Shown: positions 22,275-33,503, numbered from the stretch's first letter. The stretch is 64,000 nt of DNA from an uncultured cyanobacterium (GCA_963766075.1 CAVYAN010000072.1:1-64000); one strand, 5' to 3'. Program-made: numbers and translations. The notes: generated from the letters alone by a model not told the origin.

Positions 22275-23696
22275 ATGGCAGCAGAAATCACGATATCCCT
22301 TCAGCAGGTGTCCAAGTGCTTCAAGCGCTATGGGCATCCCAGCGATCGCCTTAAAGAAATTTTATTGCCAGGGAAAAGCCTTGCAGAGGAGTTCTGGGCG
22401 GTGCGGGATATTAATCTGGAGGTGCATCGGGGCGAAACCCTGGGCATCATTGGCCAAAACGGCTCTGGCAAAAGTACGCTACTGCAAATGATTGCCGGGA
22501 CGCTCACGCCCTCAGCGGGGCTCGTCCAAGTCAATGGCCGAGTGTCGGCCCTGCTGGAACTGGGGAGTGGCTTTAACCCAGAGTTTACGGGGCGGCAAAA
22601 TGTGTTTTTTAATGGGCGCGTTTTGGGTTTGAGTCAGGCGGAGGTAATGGCCAAGTTTGATGCGATCGCCGCCTTCGCCGATATTGGCGACTTTATCGAT
22701 CAGCCCGTCAAAACCTACTCCAGTGGGATGATTGTGCGGTTGGCCTTTGCAGTCGCGACCAGCGTTGAGCCGGATATTTTGATTGTGGATGAAGCCTTGG
22801 CTGTGGGAGATATTTACTTTCAGGCCAAATGCTTCAAGCGGATGCGCAAAATGATAGATCGCGGCATTACCGTACTGTTTGTCTCCCACGATTTGACCAT
22901 GGTGAAGGCGCTGTGCGATCGCTGCCTTTGGATGGAACAGGGCAAACCAGTTGCGCTCGGATCTCCCCGCGACCTGGCAGAAGCCTATCAGCGGCAAGCA
23001 TGGAATCAGCAAGGACTCTTTTCTAGCCTGGAGGAGGACGCCCTAGAGGATGGCAACCCAGCCGATGGCGGTTTAGATAATGCTACCGAAACCAAGCGTT
23101 TGCAGGAATTTGTCCATTTAGACGCAGATTTTTCTGCGCCTCTCGAGCCATTGGTGGATGCTTCGCCGCCAGTATCTTCGGTTTTTGCTGAACGCGCTGC
23201 TCAAAGTCGCTCAGGGACTGGGGAAATGCGCATCCTCGATTTTCAATTGTGCGATCGCCACGGGAAACCCCAAGTCACCTTTGACTACCATGAGCCCGTG
23301 ACGGCACGCTATATCATTCAAGCCAATATTGATGTACCAGTTTACGAGCTGGGCATGATTGTGAAGGACATCAAAGGCAATGAAATTTTCTCGATTTACG
23401 ATCTCGAGGGCAAAAATTTGCTGCCCCTCCAAGCACGCCAAGTGATGCAGGTTTCTGTACCAACCCAGATGAGTTTGCGCTCTGGGAGCTACTACACGAC
23501 CTTGGCCATTCAAGGCTACCGGAATCATCAGCGCTATGTGGGCGATCGCGTCAGCATGGAAAACGTAATTTTCTATGACTATGTTGAAATGGGCTATTTC
23601 TTTGATGTCAACTTTTTTCCAACGCGTCCAGTGCACGGGCCGGTCCATTTCGACGTTGTATTTGAGGTGGAATCCCTAGGGCGTGTCATCAATTAG
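22275..23696 (+). CDS. wzt: Polysaccharide ABC exporter ATPase with Wzt C-terminal domain
   Basis: GQNGSGKST, LLELGSGF, YSSGM, DEALAVGD, FVSHD; last codons (LGRVIN*) overlap an IS end. Confidence 0.9.
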   Translation: MAAEITISLQQVSKCFKRYGHPSDRLKEILLPGKSLAEEFWAVRDINLEVHRGETLGIIGQNGSGKSTLLQMIAGTLTPSAGLVQVNGRVSALLELGSGFNPEFTGRQNVFFNGRVLGLSQAEVMAKFDAIAAFADIGDFIDQPVKTYSSGMIVRLAFAVATSVEPDILIVDEALAVGDIYFQAKCFKRMRKMIDRGITVLFVSHDLTMVKALCDRCLWMEQGKPVALGSPRDLAEAYQRQAWNQQGLFSSLEEDALEDGNPADGGLDNATETKRLQEFVHLDADFSAPLEPLVDASPPVSSVFAERAAQSRSGTGEMRILDFQLCDRHGKPQVTFDYHEPVTARYIIQANIDVPVYELGMIVKDIKGNEIFSIYDLEGKNLLPLQARQVMQVSVPTQMSLRSGSYYTTLAIQGYRNHQRYVGDRVSMENVIFYDYVEMGYFFDVNFFPTRPVHGPVHFDVVFEVESLGRVIN

Positions 23697-23880
23697 AGAA
23701 TTAGGGAAATTAGAGAATTAGAGAGATTTAATAAGGCGGAGAGTATAATCCCTACCCTAAGGCTGTAAAGCAGGATCATGACTCAGCGCTATGCGCTACG
23801 CGATGACCAATGGGCGTGCATCAAAGACCTGCGCCGGAGCGCGAAAGCACGGTGGGGTGACGGCAAAGGACAATTGCTAC
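23679..23880 (+). mobile_element. Truncated, frameshifted IS5-family remnant (one end plus transposase N-terminus)
   Basis: CTAG then GGGCGTGTCATCAATTAG; ATG 23778 gives MTQRYALRDDQWACIKDL, then frameshifted pieces ..ERESTV / VTAKDN, resembling IS5 orfA N-termini (RYALRDDQW..IKDLLPG..GVTAKDN). Confidence 0.7.
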
Positions 23881-23915
23881 GCAAGAATTACAGGTTATTT
23901 AATCCACGATCCTAA

Positions 23916-24053
23916 GGAATATGGATTAAATAAGATCCAGATTTGCGGTAGGGGCGAAGCATTTGGCAATAGGCTTTGCTCCTATGGGAATCTCGCTGCC
24001 AAATGCTTCGCCCGGTTCGGGCAGAATTATGGATGTTAATAAATTCTCATTCC
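23916..24053. mobile_element. 138-bp MITE (TAA flanks) containing a GTAG-type REP hairpin
   Basis: Imperfect TIRs (17/23; left end GGAATATGGATTAAATAAGATCC); TAA at 23913-15 and 24054-56; GTAG plus perfect 17-bp inverted repeat 23952-23968 / 23997-24013. Confidence 0.7.
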
Positions 24054-24056
24054 TAA

Positions 24057-24210
24057 GCTCGACTTTATCCATTTGGGGTCTATTTTGTATCCTTAACTAC
24101 CAAATTTGCCAAATTGGCCTAAATTGAAGCCAAAATGCCGCTACAGGTAGACAAAAATCTCTTGACTGAACGCTACGAGTAGCGTTCAGTAGAAATGGAC
24201 AAAGTCGAGC
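24057..24210. mobile_element. 154-bp MITE (TAA flanks)
   Basis: 18-bp TIRs GCTCGACTTTATCCATTT / AAATGGACAAAGTCGAGC (1 mismatch); TAA at 24054-56 and 24211-13; internal hairpin 24165-24190. Confidence 0.85.
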
Positions 24211-27200
24211 TAAGGATTGCCAGGGTTAGTAATCAGCACTTCGCCCTTGAGCATCCGCTGGGCCGCATCCAAGAGGGCTTCTTCCAAGTACGGCTTGGTG
24301 AAGTAACCACTGGCCCCCAAAGATGCCGCCATTTGGCGGTGGCGATCTGCCCCTCGAGACGTCAGCATAGCAATTGGCACCGTGCTCAGGTTGGGATCTT
24401 TCTGAATTCGAGAGAGCAACTCTAAGCCATCCATCCGAGGCATCTCAATGTCACAGAACACAATGTCACAGGGCAGCCCCGAACGCAGCTTTTCCCAAGC
24501 TTCCTGGCCATCGCGGGCTTGCTCCACTCGATAGCCTACTTTGTTAAATGTCATCGACAGCAGCTCCCGCACCGTAATCGAGTCATCTACGATCAGCACC
24601 ATGGGCTCCGTCTTAACCACAGGCGGTTCTAGAACAGCCGCTGAACCATCCTGATCCCAGAGAGCACCACTGGCATCCTTGCGGATACGGCCCATAGAAA
24701 GGTCAATCAGTTCCAGGACGTCGGCAATGGGCATGATCCGGCCATCCCCCAAAACCGTTGCCCCCGCGACACCCACAGGCTTAGGTACGGGGCCTTCCAG
24801 TTGTTTAATTACAATTTCCTGCTCGCCCAACACATTATCGACTTGTAGAGCCAGATAGTTGCCCGCACTGCGAAGCACCACAACGGAAATAATGTCATCT
24901 TCCTGGGCACCGCCGTATACGTTGCCCCGACTGAGATGACGGTTATAGCCCAGCAAATCCGTCAACGGATGCAACGGCAGCAGAGTATCCCGCCACGCAA
25001 TACAGGGTTTCCCTTCTTCATTAGTTTGTAACCGCTCTTTGGGCAAATCCAGCATGTCCTCGACCCCATCCATGGGGAAGGCAATCCGGGCGCGATCGCT
25101 GATACAACACAGCGCCTTAGAAATACTCAACGTCAGCGGCAAACGGATAGTAAAGGTAGTACCCTTGCCCGCGTGGGAGTCGGTGTTAATCACACCCCGA
25201 ATTTCGCTGAGACTCGTTCGGACCACATCCATGCCTACGCCCCGTCCGGCAAAGTCATCGGCTTGGTCCTTGGTGGTAAAACCGGCATGGAAGAGCAAAT
25301 CGTAGGCATCTAGTCGAGTCATTTGTTGAGCCTCGGCTGGAGTGACTAAGCCTTTCTCAACGGCCTTGACCTTAATGCGCTCAACATCAATCCCAGCCCC
25401 ATCGTCCGACACCGAGATAATAGTCTGGTTCCCCTGGTGGAATGCCCGCACGGTAATGCGCCCACCCGGAGGCTTGCCCGCAGCCCGTCGGACTTCCGGG
25501 GATTCCACGCCGTGGGTCAGAGCATTATTCACAAGATGGGTCATCGGATCGTAGAGATGTTCCAGAATCATCTTGTCGATCAGGGTTTCCCGACCTTCGA
25601 TCACCAGCTCAACTTGCTTACCTACTTTCATAGAAATATCACGGACAGCCCGGGGCAAGCGATCGGCAGTTTGGGCAAAGGGCACCATCCGAGAGCGGGT
25701 CAGCCCTTCCTGAAGCTGTGTAGTCACCTGCCGGAACATGCGAGTGACTTGGTCAGTTTCATCGACAATAAATTCAATGTCTGAGGAGGATTCCCGTACT
25801 CGGACAATCAGCTCGATCATCTCCTGGGACAAGCTGTGGAATCCAGTAAAGCGATCCATTTCCAAGGGATCGTATTCAATACCAGTAGCACTGGGGTCAG
25901 GAACGATCGCCTCCCGAGCACTAAAGGGAGAACGATGGTTTTGGCGACTGGCCAAGAGGGAGCTTTCGAGCAGCGATCGCTCGTATAAATCTTGCATCCG
26001 CTGCCCCACATCACTCAACTGCTGCACTTGGTAAAGCAAATTATCCAAAGACTGCCGCAACCGCTCTTGGTCCTGCTCCAAGCTGTTGCGATTCACCACC
26101 AGTTCCCCGACCAAGTTGCTAAGGTTATCCAGATGCTTCACAGGCACCCGCATCGTCTGCTCGCTAAATCCACGGCCTGAGCGGGTCGTCCGGCGGACCG
26201 CGTTCACCATATTTCGCCCCTTGGCAGTTGGGGTACCCCCCATTTTTTCTTCGGCATCCTTCAGCAGATCATCCAGCTCATCAAAACCAGAATCAGGACT
26301 GGTCATCAGCTCTGCGGAAGAATTAGACTCCCTAAAATCCAACTCTTCACTACCCAGTAGCGCATCAAGGTCAGAGAAATCTTCATCCGAATCATCATCT
26401 GCGACTGGATCAGATGCAGCCGTCTCTCTCTGAGCAAAGCTGGAGCCAGCAACAGCAGCGGCGCCTACCGCCATCACCCCGCCCACACCGGCAAACAGAT
26501 TAAAATCCGGCCCGGGTGCCGAGGCGCTATCCACTAATAAATCATCAAAGTCACCCCCCTCAGCCTCAGGAACACCGCCTGTCCCCAGCAAATCACCCAA
26601 GTCCCCAAAATCATCATCAGATTGCGCTGCATTTCCGGCAATGGCATCTTCAAAGTCTGCCATTGCAGAGGTGGACTCAGTCTCCGTAGTCAAGAAGTTG
26701 TCTAAGTCCACTGCATCGCCGAAGGGTTCAGCAGCACCGATGGCCTCTTGACCAAAAACTGTATCAAAATCAAATTCAGCATCAGTCGCCGCAAAATCTA
26801 CGTCATCTGCTACCGTGAATCCCAAATCGTCTAAGCCCGCAGCACTGAAATCAGCAGCGTTGAAATCAGAGGCATCAGCGTTACGCGTCCCCAAGTCCTC
26901 GTCCAAACGAGGCTCGGTCAATGCCCCCCATTCAAGGGAACCGGCATCCGAGTCATCTAATGCGAAGGCAAAATCTTCCATGCCCGTGGACTCAGCCGCA
27001 GCGAAATTAAAATCAATAGCGGTCCCGTCTAAACCATCGCCTAGATCCAGATCGTCTAGACCCAGATCGCGTGGAGTGGGACTGCCTGGCCTAGGACTCT
27101 CTAGATTCAAACCATCCACACTAAACAAGTCATCCTGTACATCCCGATTAAAGGCCGCACCCCCACTGGCATCGCTAGAGCCACCTAGAAAATCCTCAAA

Positions 27201-29621
27201 ATCGTTGCCAGTGGGAAGGGTGCCTAGATCTGTTCCACCCCCACCGCCTAGATCTGCCCCACCCCACGGATCGGGAATTTCGCCTTGGATAAAGGTTTCA
27301 CGATTTAACGGAGCGTCCCCGTCATCATCGAAAGACAGCGCTCCCAGGAAGTCATCTGTAGATAAATCAAGCCCATCATCCGTTAGAGCTTCAACGGCCA
27401 CAGAATCCAACTCAAGACCCAATCCATCAGTTGCATCGGAAAAATCTCCGAAGTCAAAGTCAGCACTGTCAGAGAAGCTTGGATTTAGGACATTTGAATC
27501 CAGGACATTTGATTCTGGGGAAGCTGATTCTGGATCCGACTGCTCCACTAAATCGCCCTCTAGGCCCAAGGCAGCCAAATCAACGTCATCCTCGGTCAGG
27601 CGAGCATCCTCCAGGGAAGCCAAAGTAGCAGCATCCCACCTATCCTCACGGCTGGGTTCAAACAAATCCTCCCAAGGATCAGCAATTCCAGCCGCAGCCT
27701 CGTCACCAGATGGAAGCACAGCCCCTAGGGCAGGTGCAGCATTGGTGATGCTGCTGTCTTCTGCGGTAAATTCACCACCAACGAATTCTTCGGCGGTGAA
27801 TTCATTGACAGGAAGCGCGTCGGTAGAAACCGCATCGGCAGTCAGAGGTACCGGCAATGCATCAGAAACCTCAAAAAGCTCGGGGTCGTCGATTCCCCCT
27901 TGAATCTCTGTTCCATTGAATAGGTCATCATTAAATAGATCATCTAAATCATCCAACGACGTACGAGTGTCATCTAAGGATTCAAACCCTAAATCATCGC
28001 GGGAAGGATCCTGGGCGGTCGGAGACTCAAAGCTGACATCCTGGATATGGGTGGAATTAGGCAAGGCGGTTTCAGCCACACTTAGATCGCCGTCCAACAT
28101 CCCAAAAACATCATCCAATTCGGCATCAGGCTCTGCCTGGAGTGACGCATCTACCGACCCAGACATCGACAGAAATTCACTCAAATCATTCTGAACAGAC
28201 GAGTCTTGGGCCAGAGCATCCCGTCCAAAGAAATCCGCTCCAAAGGCGTCGGCTACGTTGCTATCGGTTGGAGAAGTCGGTTCATCGTCCAAAACATCGC
28301 CAAACAAATCATTCAGATCATCTTCTGAACTGACTTGAGAGGCGCGGGGGCTAGGAGTCAATTCTTCAAACAGGAGGTCAGAGAAATCGCCGCTCTCATC
28401 TAAATCTATCAGAGACGCCGAGTTGAATGCATCCCCCTCTCTGTTTTCACCCAGCAGCTCTTCTTCTTGCCAAGTGGCACCTAGATCGGGCATTTCTCCT
28501 TCAAACAGGTCTGCCAGGGTATTTAATTCTTCAATACCCACTTCAGGTCCATCGCCATCATAATCATTCGTGCTGGCAGACGCGTCACTAAACGCAGTGT
28601 CCAAGTCGAATTCAGATTCGTCAATCGGCAGATTGCCAAGACTAGCAAGCTCGGATTCGCCCAGGATGAGGCCATCGGCAGAGACAGCGCCGCCTAGACT
28701 AGGGATGATACCAAACCCACCCAAATCAAAATCCGCTGAATCATCAACATTAGCAAAAATATCGCCAAAATCAGGCTCCATCGGAGCCTGAGCCGCCGTG
28801 AGCGGCACAAGCTCTAGAAGTTGAGAGCCAGGCGCGATGTCCACGGCCCGTCCCGCCAAAACCAAATCCTGGGCTTGCTTAATGTCCCTGATAATAATTG
28901 GGGCAAGGGTGCGGTACGAATTGGCTGGAGTAGCGATCGCCCGTTTCGCACATTCAACCAAGTGACACCAAGCGGACAACTGATATTGGGCACCTGTGAC
29001 GTGCAGGCGATCGCAAATTACTTGCAACTGCTGACGACTGCCCCCATCAATATCCGACTGCTTAAACAACGCCAGCATTTCCCGCAAATGAGCAGGCACT
29101 TCCTCACGGAAAGCCCGCCCTAGGGCATCGAGATTCACCACGCCCGTTGGCAGGACCCCAGACAACCCTGTCGATAAGCCCCCCGCATCAGGGCGCGCCC
29201 CCCCAGTAGCAGCATGCAACTGCTGCTCCAATTCCACAAAAACAGGCTCAACCGCAGCAAGGGTAGACTGCGCCGACTCATCCGTCAACCCAAACGGAGT
29301 TTGCAGTTGCTCAACCAGGTCCTTCAAGGCATCAAACATCTGCAGGAAAGCGCTCTCCATCCGTTGATCAACCCGAACGGCGCTGTCCTTCAGAATCTTG
29401 AAAAAGTCCTCTAACCGATGGGACACATGCTGGATTCCATTGAGCCCCAGCATGGCCGCCCCCCCTTTCACTGAGTGCGCGGCCCGGAACATCTCATTGA
29501 CCATTTCCGGATCATCAATGGTACTTTGCAGGTTCAGCAAACCTTGCTCAATGGTGTTGAGGTGGTCTTTCGCCTCCTCAATGAAATAGCCCATAATTCG
29601 CTGTTGCTGTTCAGGCTGCAT
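24210..29621 (-). CDS. cheA: CheA-like hybrid histidine kinase (PilL/HmpE type): Hpt, long acidic linker, HATPase, CheW, receiver
   Basis: FRAAHSVKGGA, LVGELVVNR, HLVNNALTHG, DDGAG, GRGVGMDVV, GATVLGDG, CDIEMPRMDG. Confidence 0.95.
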   Translation of the reverse strand: MQPEQQQRIMGYFIEEAKDHLNTIEQGLLNLQSTIDDPEMVNEMFRAAHSVKGGAAMLGLNGIQHVSHRLEDFFKILKDSAVRVDQRMESAFLQMFDALKDLVEQLQTPFGLTDESAQSTLAAVEPVFVELEQQLHAATGGARPDAGGLSTGLSGVLPTGVVNLDALGRAFREEVPAHLREMLALFKQSDIDGGSRQQLQVICDRLHVTGAQYQLSAWCHLVECAKRAIATPANSYRTLAPIIIRDIKQAQDLVLAGRAVDIAPGSQLLELVPLTAAQAPMEPDFGDIFANVDDSADFDLGGFGIIPSLGGAVSADGLILGESELASLGNLPIDESEFDLDTAFSDASASTNDYDGDGPEVGIEELNTLADLFEGEMPDLGATWQEEELLGENREGDAFNSASLIDLDESGDFSDLLFEELTPSPRASQVSSEDDLNDLFGDVLDDEPTSPTDSNVADAFGADFFGRDALAQDSSVQNDLSEFLSMSGSVDASLQAEPDAELDDVFGMLDGDLSVAETALPNSTHIQDVSFESPTAQDPSRDDLGFESLDDTRTSLDDLDDLFNDDLFNGTEIQGGIDDPELFEVSDALPVPLTADAVSTDALPVNEFTAEEFVGGEFTAEDSSITNAAPALGAVLPSGDEAAAGIADPWEDLFEPSREDRWDAATLASLEDARLTEDDVDLAALGLEGDLVEQSDPESASPESNVLDSNVLNPSFSDSADFDFGDFSDATDGLGLELDSVAVEALTDDGLDLSTDDFLGALSFDDDGDAPLNRETFIQGEIPDPWGGADLGGGGGTDLGTLPTGNDFEDFLGGSSDASGGAAFNRDVQDDLFSVDGLNLESPRPGSPTPRDLGLDDLDLGDGLDGTAIDFNFAAAESTGMEDFAFALDDSDAGSLEWGALTEPRLDEDLGTRNADASDFNAADFSAAGLDDLGFTVADDVDFAATDAEFDFDTVFGQEAIGAAEPFGDAVDLDNFLTTETESTSAMADFEDAIAGNAAQSDDDFGDLGDLLGTGGVPEAEGGDFDDLLVDSASAPGPDFNLFAGVGGVMAVGAAAVAGSSFAQRETAASDPVADDDSDEDFSDLDALLGSEELDFRESNSSAELMTSPDSGFDELDDLLKDAEEKMGGTPTAKGRNMVNAVRRTTRSGRGFSEQTMRVPVKHLDNLSNLVGELVVNRNSLEQDQERLRQSLDNLLYQVQQLSDVGQRMQDLYERSLLESSLLASRQNHRSPFSAREAIVPDPSATGIEYDPLEMDRFTGFHSLSQEMIELIVRVRESSSDIEFIVDETDQVTRMFRQVTTQLQEGLTRSRMVPFAQTADRLPRAVRDISMKVGKQVELVIEGRETLIDKMILEHLYDPMTHLVNNALTHGVESPEVRRAAGKPPGGRITVRAFHQGNQTIISVSDDGAGIDVERIKVKAVEKGLVTPAEAQQMTRLDAYDLLFHAGFTTKDQADDFAGRGVGMDVVRTSLSEIRGVINTDSHAGKGTTFTIRLPLTLSISKALCCISDRARIAFPMDGVEDMLDLPKERLQTNEEGKPCIAWRDTLLPLHPLTDLLGYNRHLSRGNVYGGAQEDDIISVVVLRSAGNYLALQVDNVLGEQEIVIKQLEGPVPKPVGVAGATVLGDGRIMPIADVLELIDLSMGRIRKDASGALWDQDGSAAVLEPPVVKTEPMVLIVDDSITVRELLSMTFNKVGYRVEQARDGQEAWEKLRSGLPCDIVFCDIEMPRMDGLELLSRIQKDPNLSTVPIAMLTSRGADRHRQMAASLGASGYFTKPYLEEALLDAAQRMLKGEVLITNPGNP

Positions 29622-29774
29622 GGTAGTATCCCATTCCTTTGGACTTGTTCATGGATCCCAGATTGGTGTTCGACACGCCCACCGATCTCAAGAATATTGG
29701 TTGCTTCTAACTGTATCGAACTCATCAAGAATTGACATCAGCACGGGTATCTGCTAAAGCCTCTTGCTTTAACT

Positions 29775-32700
29775 TTACTTCCGCTCCACGGTTTCAACGC
29801 GGAAACGTTCCACCGAAGTCAGCAAGTCACGGGCAACACCCACCAGATTTTGCAGAGAGCCTGACACCCGCTGGGCTTCCTGAGAGGTTTCCTGCGCCGT
29901 CAATTCAACGGACTGCATCACCTGAGCCACAGCCCGCGAGGTGTCGGTCTGCTCCACGGTGTCTGCCGTAATGGACCGAACCAACACATCGATTCGGTTT
30001 GACACTTGAATGATGTCCTCCAGCGATCGCTTCGCCTGTTCAGCCAAGCGCGTCCCCTCGATCACCTGCTGGGTCCCTTCTTCCATCGCCGTCATAACCG
30101 ATCCCGTTTCACTTTGAATCTGTAAGACGATTTGCTCAATTTCCTTCGACGCCTTAGCGGCCCGGTCTGCCAACTGTCGCACTTCATCCGCCACAATGGC
30201 AAATCCACGCCCCGCCTCTCCAGCCCGAGCCGCTTCAATACTGGCGTTTAGGGCCAGCAAATTCGTCCGCGAAGCAATTTGCGAAATCAACGCAACGATT
30301 TTAGAAATCTCCTGAGAAGATTCCGCCAAGCGCTTCACCTTACGGGTTGTTTCCGCCACAGTTTCTCGGATTTGCAGGATCCCAGCCACCGTCCGCTCCA
30401 CAGCTTCACCCCCCTTCAGGGCCGTGGCAGAAGCTGAGCGGGCCACCTCCTCAGCCTCGCGAGCGCTTTCGGCCACCCGTTGGATCGAATCTGTCATCAC
30501 CTGCACAGAGTTGAGGGTGACCGCTAATTCCTCGGCCTGTCGCAACGCATCAGAGGACAAACTGCGGGCGAACATTTCATTATCTGTAGACCCTTTACTA
30601 ACTTGGCGGGCCGCAGTTTTCACCTGTTGGACAATTTCACGTAGATTTTGAATCGTCAGGTTAAAGGAATCGGCCACTGCACCCAACACGTCAGCCGTGA
30701 CTTCAGCTTGTACCGTCAAGTCGCCACGGGCGGCACCTTCCACGTCGTCCAGCAAGCGAATCACTTGCCGTTGCAGATCTTCCTTCGCTTGCTCCTGCTC
30801 CTCAGCTTTGCGCTGGGCTTCGCTCGTAGTAGTCAGAATGACGCGACTCATTTGGTTAAAGCCCGCAGACAGGCGGCCCAGTTCATCCTCGGAGTGGACC
30901 GTGGCCCGAGCGTTGAAGTCTCCTTGGCAGACCAAATCAAACTGCCGTTGCAAGTCATCGGTTGCCCGCCTGGATTGCTTAGCCGCCATTTGGCCCAGAG
31001 CAAAGGCCGTGCCGCCACTGGATAGCAAGGCAGCCAAGGCCGAAAGACCCGCAACGCCTTGAAGATGACCTGTCTTTGCGCCATCTTCCTTAGACAAGGA
31101 GCTGGCCGCCAGGGAGCCCACCCCCGCCACAGCCACGGCAGCAACCACTGCCGTGCCAATTGCAATCCACAGATGCTTCTTCGCAAAAGGAGAATTTTCA
31201 AACCAAGCCATCCCCCCTTGCTCCACGGTGGGACTAGGGTCAATAGCTTTACTATCTAGGTGGCCAGTAAAGGAAGGGACTTGATCCGACGTACCGGACA
31301 AACTAAAGATTTCGTCATCACGGATCAAGGCGCGATCGCGCTCATCACTGAGATCCAGAGTCCCACCACCCAAATCCGAAGAAAACGTAGCGGTACTATC
31401 AAACGAGGATTCCGTCACAGCCCCCAAACCACTGCCCGCCATAAAGTTCATGCTGGCTGCTGGACTGGTAAAACCCGCAGAGTTTTCCGACAGATCAAAA
31501 TCCGAGAGATTGCCCAGATCGTCAAACTCGTCGAATTCATCCATAAAATCAACATTGCCTGCGAGCCCAGCACCCCGGGATTCCGCCCCAAAGCCTTGAT
31601 TACCGTAGAGCCTCGCGTCCTCATCGGTCTCGCGCCCCAATCCAGACGATGGGGTTTGCGTTTGATTATGGGTCGGGAAATCCATAAACGAAGAACTCAT
31701 CGGATCCGCCAGCCCAGAGGCTCCCATAAACAGGGTCTCATCATCCCCCGAACCATAGCTAGAAAGATTGGCACGCGGTGCGGCACTATCGGGCTGATCA
31801 GCCTGCTGAAAAGAGCCACTGGGGGGGGTAAAGCCGCTCACATCCAAAGAATCAAATCCACCATCCCCCAAGGAGTCAAACCCATCATCGGCCAAGGCAT
31901 CAAAGTCAGCAGCAGCAAACGGCGTGGCTGGCTCTGACTCCGCCCCCATGGAAAAGGAAGGCGTCTGAACCAGATTCTCCGACGCATCCAGGGACGCGAA
32001 GGCGTCATCAAACTCATCGAGAGCACCCACCGAGAAGGGGTCGGACAGGGCATCTTCTTCAGTCTGCAGGTAGGTCGTCGCACCTAGGGGGGGGATGGGC
32101 GCTGCGTCCTCAAAATTCGGGGTAGAGATCGCCTCACCGTTACCATTGCCCGAACTGAACTGATCCAGCGCAAAGGGATCGGCAAAGGGACCGGATTCAT
32201 CAATATCGCCGATGGAGAAAGAGTCACCGCTAATGGCAAAGGGATCGGCAAACTCGTCATAGCTGGGAGAGGCGCTGGCATCCGACCTAAACCCGTCGGT
32301 CAGCGGGTTGAAATTCAGGGCTTCATCGGTTGGATGAGTCGCGATCGCCCCAGAATCAGAGTTTTGCCAAGAATCAGTTGCGGATGGGAAATCCAGGAAG
32401 TCTTGGGCAGCAAAATCCTCCGGCTCGGAGAAATCATACGCGGCAGAACCAGATGAATCGGCCACGCCATTCTCAGAAACACTCAAGTCAGAAGCTATCC
32501 GATCTGCCGTGCCCTGAGCCCCGCCCTGAGAAGGGCCCATATATTCCAGTCCCTCATTGGCATAGCGTAGAAGCTCCGCATCGCTCGTCAAACCCAGCAA
32601 CTGCTGATACTGCTCGCGGGCAATGTCATACTGCTGCAGTCCGTAGCAGTAAATATGACCTCGCAGGAGACAGGCACTGGGATCAGTGGGATAATCCTGA

Positions 32701-32801
32701 ATCAGACGGTCAACAATTTCAGCGGCATCTTCGTAGTTGCCTTGAATGTATGCCTTTTGCGCATGTTGATAGCCCTGTGCGTATTCAGTACCTGATGCCA
32801 T
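29775..32801 (-). CDS. pilJ: Methyl-accepting chemotaxis protein with N-terminal TPR (PilJ/HmpD type)
   Basis: TPR-like N-terminus, two hydrophobic segments, HAMP ([13 protein letters not shown]), [31 protein letters not shown]. Confidence 0.93.
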   Translation of the reverse strand: MASGTEYAQGYQHAQKAYIQGNYEDAAEIVDRLIQDYPTDPSACLLRGHIYCYGLQQYDIAREQYQQLLGLTSDAELLRYANEGLEYMGPSQGGAQGTADRIASDLSVSENGVADSSGSAAYDFSEPEDFAAQDFLDFPSATDSWQNSDSGAIATHPTDEALNFNPLTDGFRSDASASPSYDEFADPFAISGDSFSIGDIDESGPFADPFALDQFSSGNGNGEAISTPNFEDAAPIPPLGATTYLQTEEDALSDPFSVGALDEFDDAFASLDASENLVQTPSFSMGAESEPATPFAAADFDALADDGFDSLGDGGFDSLDVSGFTPPSGSFQQADQPDSAAPRANLSSYGSGDDETLFMGASGLADPMSSSFMDFPTHNQTQTPSSGLGRETDEDARLYGNQGFGAESRGAGLAGNVDFMDEFDEFDDLGNLSDFDLSENSAGFTSPAASMNFMAGSGLGAVTESSFDSTATFSSDLGGGTLDLSDERDRALIRDDEIFSLSGTSDQVPSFTGHLDSKAIDPSPTVEQGGMAWFENSPFAKKHLWIAIGTAVVAAVAVAGVGSLAASSLSKEDGAKTGHLQGVAGLSALAALLSSGGTAFALGQMAAKQSRRATDDLQRQFDLVCQGDFNARATVHSEDELGRLSAGFNQMSRVILTTTSEAQRKAEEQEQAKEDLQRQVIRLLDDVEGAARGDLTVQAEVTADVLGAVADSFNLTIQNLREIVQQVKTAARQVSKGSTDNEMFARSLSSDALRQAEELAVTLNSVQVMTDSIQRVAESAREAEEVARSASATALKGGEAVERTVAGILQIRETVAETTRKVKRLAESSQEISKIVALISQIASRTNLLALNASIEAARAGEAGRGFAIVADEVRQLADRAAKASKEIEQIVLQIQSETGSVMTAMEEGTQQVIEGTRLAEQAKRSLEDIIQVSNRIDVLVRSITADTVEQTDTSRAVAQVMQSVELTAQETSQEAQRVSGSLQNLVGVARDLLTSVERFRVETVERK

Positions 32802-32961
32802 TTGCCTTCTCCCAGTTGAGTTTTGAGTGCTGTAGCCTCGACTGCGTAGAGGTTTCGCTAATTTTGGATTGATAGATTTCGACTCTAGATCTACAATATC
32901 TTCGTCACTCGTGTCTCAGTTTTACTGTCAATTTCTATTTTTTTCACGATTTCTTTCTCTC

Positions 32962-33495
32962 CTAGGCTGCCCAACGTGCAGACCGCAGAATCGAAATCTG
33001 ATCCAGCAGACGAAGAAATTTGTTGGGTTGGTTCTCCATCACCCATTCCCCGCGCAGAAAGGGCGCAACACTATCCGGCACACTGGAAGACATGTGATGG
33101 ATTTCCTCAACATCAAGCCAATCCATGCCCATAATCCGATCAACGGCTAGTCCGAGCATAATGTCTTGGTCCTCCACGGCAATGACCGGCACCTCGGGGC
33201 GATCAGTATTAAGGGGAGTAACGTCCCCCAGAAATTGCCCCAAATCCGCGACCCAGACTACGCGACCTCGGACATTTAAGGTTCCCAAAAGCAGCGGAGA
33301 AACATTGGGGATAGGGGTAATTCGGTCAGGAGAGGGGGAAATAACTTCCCGAATTCCAGTCGCAGGCAGCGCAAACTCACTCCCCGAAGAAATATAGAAG
33401 CGCAAATGCAACTCACCTTCAGGGCTTTCCAATTCCTGAAATTCTGGGGCTTGGTCTTGGCCTCTGCCCGTTAAGAAGTCTGGATTTCCCACCAT
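32962..33495 (-). CDS. cheW: CheW family adaptor (PilI/HmpC type)
   Basis: ITPIPN, LGTLNVRG, DLGQFLG, GLAVD. Confidence 0.93.
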   Translation of the reverse strand: MVGNPDFLTGRGQDQAPEFQELESPEGELHLRFYISSGSEFALPATGIREVISPSPDRITPIPNVSPLLLGTLNVRGRVVWVADLGQFLGDVTPLNTDRPEVPVIAVEDQDIMLGLAVDRIMGMDWLDVEEIHHMSSSVPDSVAPFLRGEWVMENQPNKFLRLLDQISILRSARWAA

Positions 33496-33503
33496 AATAA
33501 TCT

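Noticed and set aside
23791..24039. 82-aa ORF as a small gene
   Set aside because: Chimeric read-through across a frameshifted transposase fragment and MITE sequence.
26815..27903. 362-aa Ser/Lys-rich ORF on the plus strand
   Set aside because: Antisense shadow of the Asp/Phe/Leu-rich cheA linker; its composition follows from the reverse-complement codons.
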